Below are positions 56,027 to 58,409 of a stretch of 58,409 nucleotides of DNA, piece after piece (position 1 is the stretch's first letter; every line of letters begins with the position of its first letter). A program made the position numbers and the translations under genes. The notes beneath the pieces were generated by a model that had not been told where the DNA came from, did not search any database, and saw only the letters and a program-made list of their open reading frames with translations. Source of the DNA: a virus (taxonomy: Duplodnaviria; Caudoviricetes); the IMG/VR virus record IMGVR_UViG_3300029319_000050, positions 1 to 58,409 of that record. The stretch is one strand, 5' to 3'.

Positions 56027-56038
56027 AGTAGGCTAAAA

Positions 56039-56467
56039 TTAAGCGATTCTAATAATAGCTGTTGATGCAGCAGCAGCTGGAAAAACTATAGTAAAGTCAC
56101 CAGCAGTTGAAGTTTTATCTCCACCAAAGTCTATTGTTGCTACTGACTTATCGCTGTTAGTGTCATTATAGATCATACAGCCTCTTGCAGTCACTGTGGC
56201 AGTTCCAAAAGTTAAATCAGAAAAGTCAGTAAAACCTGTAGTACCAGAACTTGTTGGAGCTATATTAGTTAACGCTGCTCCACCTGAAGTGTAATTAGTA
56301 CCACTAGATTGTCCAGTAGTTGTAAATGCTGTAGTAGTTGCACCAAGTGTAGCACTTGAAGTGTACAACGCTAGTTTAAAAGAGTTACCACCTGATGCAG
56401 CAAAGTTATGTGTGCCTTCAAGTAATTCTTTTTTAAAACTAGTTGTTAATGTAGATGTAATTGCCAT
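56039..56467 (-). CDS. Conserved tail structural protein
   Basis: SFKKELLEGTHNF...FKLALYTS...YTSGG...DFGGDKTST.GDFTI.FP. Confidence 0.75.
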   Translation of the reverse strand: MAITSTLTTSFKKELLEGTHNFAASGGNSFKLALYTSSATLGATTTAFTTTGQSSGTNYTSGGAALTNIAPTSSGTTGFTDFSDLTFGTATVTARGCMIYNDTNSDKSVATIDFGGDKTSTAGDFTIVFPAAAASTAIIRIA

Positions 56468-56758
56468 TTAAAGCTCCTTTAAAATTTTAGCTAAATCTTC
56501 ATGTCCTTGCGATCTCAGTAAGTTTGCCATTGTGCATCGTTCACTGTTGATTGCCTGCTTTATATGGTAAAGTATTGTCTCATAAATCGCAAGTTTAAAT
56601 GCCTCTGCTTGTTGTCTAACATGAGGTGCTGCATTTTCACTAATTCCACAGATTCTTTCAGTTAATCTTTCTGCCCACCATTCAGGTGGATGCCCTCTAT
56701 TTTGCTCGGTTTCTACAGTAATAGCCCCCAAATTACTTTTTATAATATCGTCTAACAT
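56468..56758 (-). CDS. Conserved hypothetical protein
   Basis: NRGHPPE..AE...ISENA.P.VRQQAEAFK...AINSER.T. Confidence 0.7.
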   Translation of the reverse strand: MLDDIIKSNLGAITVETEQNRGHPPEWWAERLTERICGISENAAPHVRQQAEAFKLAIYETILYHIKQAINSERCTMANLLRSQGHEDLAKILKEL

Positions 56759-57492
56759 TAATACCTTTTTGCCTCTGGTGGTGTATCCATTACTGTCCTG
56801 ATTTCTGTAATATTCGCTAATTGTTCTTGATGTAACATTTCTTTATATTTTGAATATTTTATTTGGTGATAATTATTTTCATCATCTAAAACCATAATAT
56901 CTGGATCGTCGAGTCTATGATAACCATAAACTCTTTTTTCTATAGGGCAATCTGTATCTAATAGTCCTGATCTAGCACCAACTTTTACAGTTATACCCCT
57001 TTCTATACATTTAGATAACCAAAACTCACAACATGCACGACCTGCTTCTGCAAAATGTAAATTACCTCTATATGTAAAATCGATACCAAATAAATTTATT
57101 GTACCAACTTGATTATATAAAGCATATGCAAAAGCATAGGGCACAGTATTATTTAAGTAAGCACAGTCTGCGTCTTGTACGACTTCTTCTAATGGAAATA
57201 AAACTGCTGAAGGACATCTTTCATCTAATTCGCAAGTATATACAGGGCAATCAGCTACAGGTAGCCATCTACGTAAAATGTCAGTTTGTGTGCCAGCATC
57301 ATCTGTATCCATAAACCTACTTACAGGATCTAACATAAATACTCTGTCGCATTTAGTGATAGCACCCATACAGTTAATACCCCATACTTCATCATAAGTT
57401 TTTGAGTGTATTAAACTTAAATGAAAGTCTAGTTGACTCTCTCCCATAGCCACAATAGCTATATTTTTACCTTTTAGGTTTCCGTCTCGCAT
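56758..57492 (-). CDS. Conserved Rossmann-like, enzyme-like protein
   Basis: IAIVAMGES...DEVWGIN...YLNNTVPYAFAYA...INLFGIDFTY. Confidence 0.65.
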   Translation of the reverse strand: MRDGNLKGKNIAIVAMGESQLDFHLSLIHSKTYDEVWGINCMGAITKCDRVFMLDPVSRFMDTDDAGTQTDILRRWLPVADCPVYTCELDERCPSAVLFPLEEVVQDADCAYLNNTVPYAFAYALYNQVGTINLFGIDFTYRGNLHFAEAGRACCEFWLSKCIERGITVKVGARSGLLDTDCPIEKRVYGYHRLDDPDIMVLDDENNYHQIKYSKYKEMLHQEQLANITEIRTVMDTPPEAKRY

Positions 57493-57508
57493 ATAAATCT
57501 CCTCAAAT

Positions 57509-57865
57509 TTATGTATATTTAGTCTTCTTTCTTCTATTTTTCATCACTGCACCACAACCTCTATGATACCGTGAAATTACTCCACCTTTCTTTTTCTTGA
57601 CGAATGTTTTTACATTAGTAGGTTTGCCTCCAGGATTACCTGCTGCTCTTTTTCTTCTTACAGCACTTTTTCTTTCAGCTTCTGTCATACGCTTAGCTTT
57701 TGATCTAGGTACACATTTAGGGTATTTACGTTTACTACCGCCTTTTGCAGACTTTCTACCACACTTTTGAAATTTACCTTTTTTCTTCGGTGCTCCTATA
57801 TCAACCCAGTCGCCTTTAGGACCTTTACCAAACCAAGCTGTTAAACCACCTTTAGGCTTTGCCAC
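57509..57865 (-). CDS. Highly basic protein
   Basis: GGLTAWF...WVDIG...CGRK...YPKCVP. Confidence 0.7.
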   Translation of the reverse strand: MAKPKGGLTAWFGKGPKGDWVDIGAPKKKGKFQKCGRKSAKGGSKRKYPKCVPRSKAKRMTEAERKSAVRRKRAAGNPGGKPTNVKTFVKKKKGGVISRYHRGCGAVMKNRRKKTKYT

Positions 57866-58202
57866 TTTTCTTCTTCCTAGTTCTTCTTATCGCTTCTTTA
57901 CCTTTTTTAAAAATACTAGCTACTGCAGTTTTGCCCATCACTTTAGCTCGTTGTTCTCCTACAGTTAATATTTGTATTTTTCTTGCGAAAGATTTTTTAA
58001 CTTTTTTTACTTTTGCTACTGTAGCTCTAGCGTCAGCAGGTGTAGCAAATTTAATTCTTACGGTATCTTTTGGGTTTTCGTCTGTGTATAAACGTCTACC
58101 ACTACCTTTAGGCTTTTTACCAGTGCCTACTTTAGGGTCTCTACGTTTCTTTTTACCACCCTTAGTAACAGACTTTTTAATGTTACTTCTTCTTATAGGC
58201 AT
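57852..58202 (-). CDS. Highly basic protein
   Basis: DPKVGTGKKPKGSGRRLYTDENPKDTV. Confidence 0.7.
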   Translation of the reverse strand: MPIRRSNIKKSVTKGGKKKRRDPKVGTGKKPKGSGRRLYTDENPKDTVRIKFATPADARATVAKVKKVKKSFARKIQILTVGEQRAKVMGKTAVASIFKKGKEAIRRTRKKKSGKA

Positions 58203-58310
58203 TACCTATACCCACCACCACGTTTTTTATACTCTCTAACCAACCATCCATTTGCATATGCAGACGGATAGACCTTAAACTTACGTTTAGCCTCAGCTTT
58301 TACTCTAGCA
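58202..58310 (-). CDS. 3' part of the junction-spanning basic protein (joins 1-185)
   Basis: YARVKAEAKRKFKVYPSAYANGWLVREYKKRGGGYR. Confidence 0.85.
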
Positions 58311-58408
58311 TATAAACTAGGATTAGTAGGTGTTGCACCTTTTTTCTTTTTCTTTTTAGCTTTACCACCTTTTTTCATTTTTAAAGCTGATAACATTCTA
58401 GCTTGTTT
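58311..58408. repeat. Terminal overlap copy of 1-98
   Basis: Exact match to the start of the window. Confidence 0.95.
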
Positions 58409-58409
58409 C

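Noticed and set aside
2658-58239. Other plus-strand ORFs in the track (e.g. 2658-3026, 11823-12245, 50260-50652, 54434-54820, 57859-58239)
   Set aside because: Antisense shadows of well-supported minus-strand genes; only the SNF2 helicase has real motifs
1-58409. Integrase, diversity-generating retroelement, alternative genetic code, tRNA genes
   Set aside because: None recognised; standard-code ORFs tile the genome densely. A tRNAscan/HMM run would be needed to exclude them formally.

Overview
This window is an apparently complete, circularly assembled genome of an AT-rich tailed dsDNA phage (Caudoviricetes), about 58,310 bp; bases 58311-58408 repeat bases 1-98. It is podovirus-like: no tape measure, tail tube or sheath is visible, and it carries a P22 gp10-like tail hub and large ejection-type proteins. 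Its structural genes resemble those of uncultured marine/aquatic phages. Every convincing gene is on the minus strand except an SNF2 helicase. Modules: (i) head and packaging (TerL, portal, GroES, scaffold, major capsid, adaptors; 185-12885); (ii) a probable genome-end/packaging region (about 12.96-15.2 kb) with G-tracts, heptamer and ATTGG arrays, two paralogous winged-helix-like genes and TerS; (iii) an early region of small genes behind about 11 related sigma70-like promoters, including a ~465-nt highly structured non-coding element and smaller structured RNA candidates; (iv) replication (PolA, UvrD, AEP-type primase, SSB-like, SNF2), containing a thymidine-hypermodification cluster (dUMP hydroxymethylase, 5-hmdU DNA kinase, small-molecule-type SAM methyltransferase, Nmad1-like pyrophosphatase) and an AlkB-family oxygenase; (v) ejection, tail and lysis genes. 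Three signals stand out. First, the hypermodification cluster lacks the usual amino-acid:DNA transferase, which suggests new base chemistry. Second, a ~590-bp zone nearly free of T[CG]G sits next to arrays saturated with T[CG]G near the packaging genes. Third, the large orphan structured RNA. All family assignments come from motif recognition by eye; no database searches or counts were run by computer.
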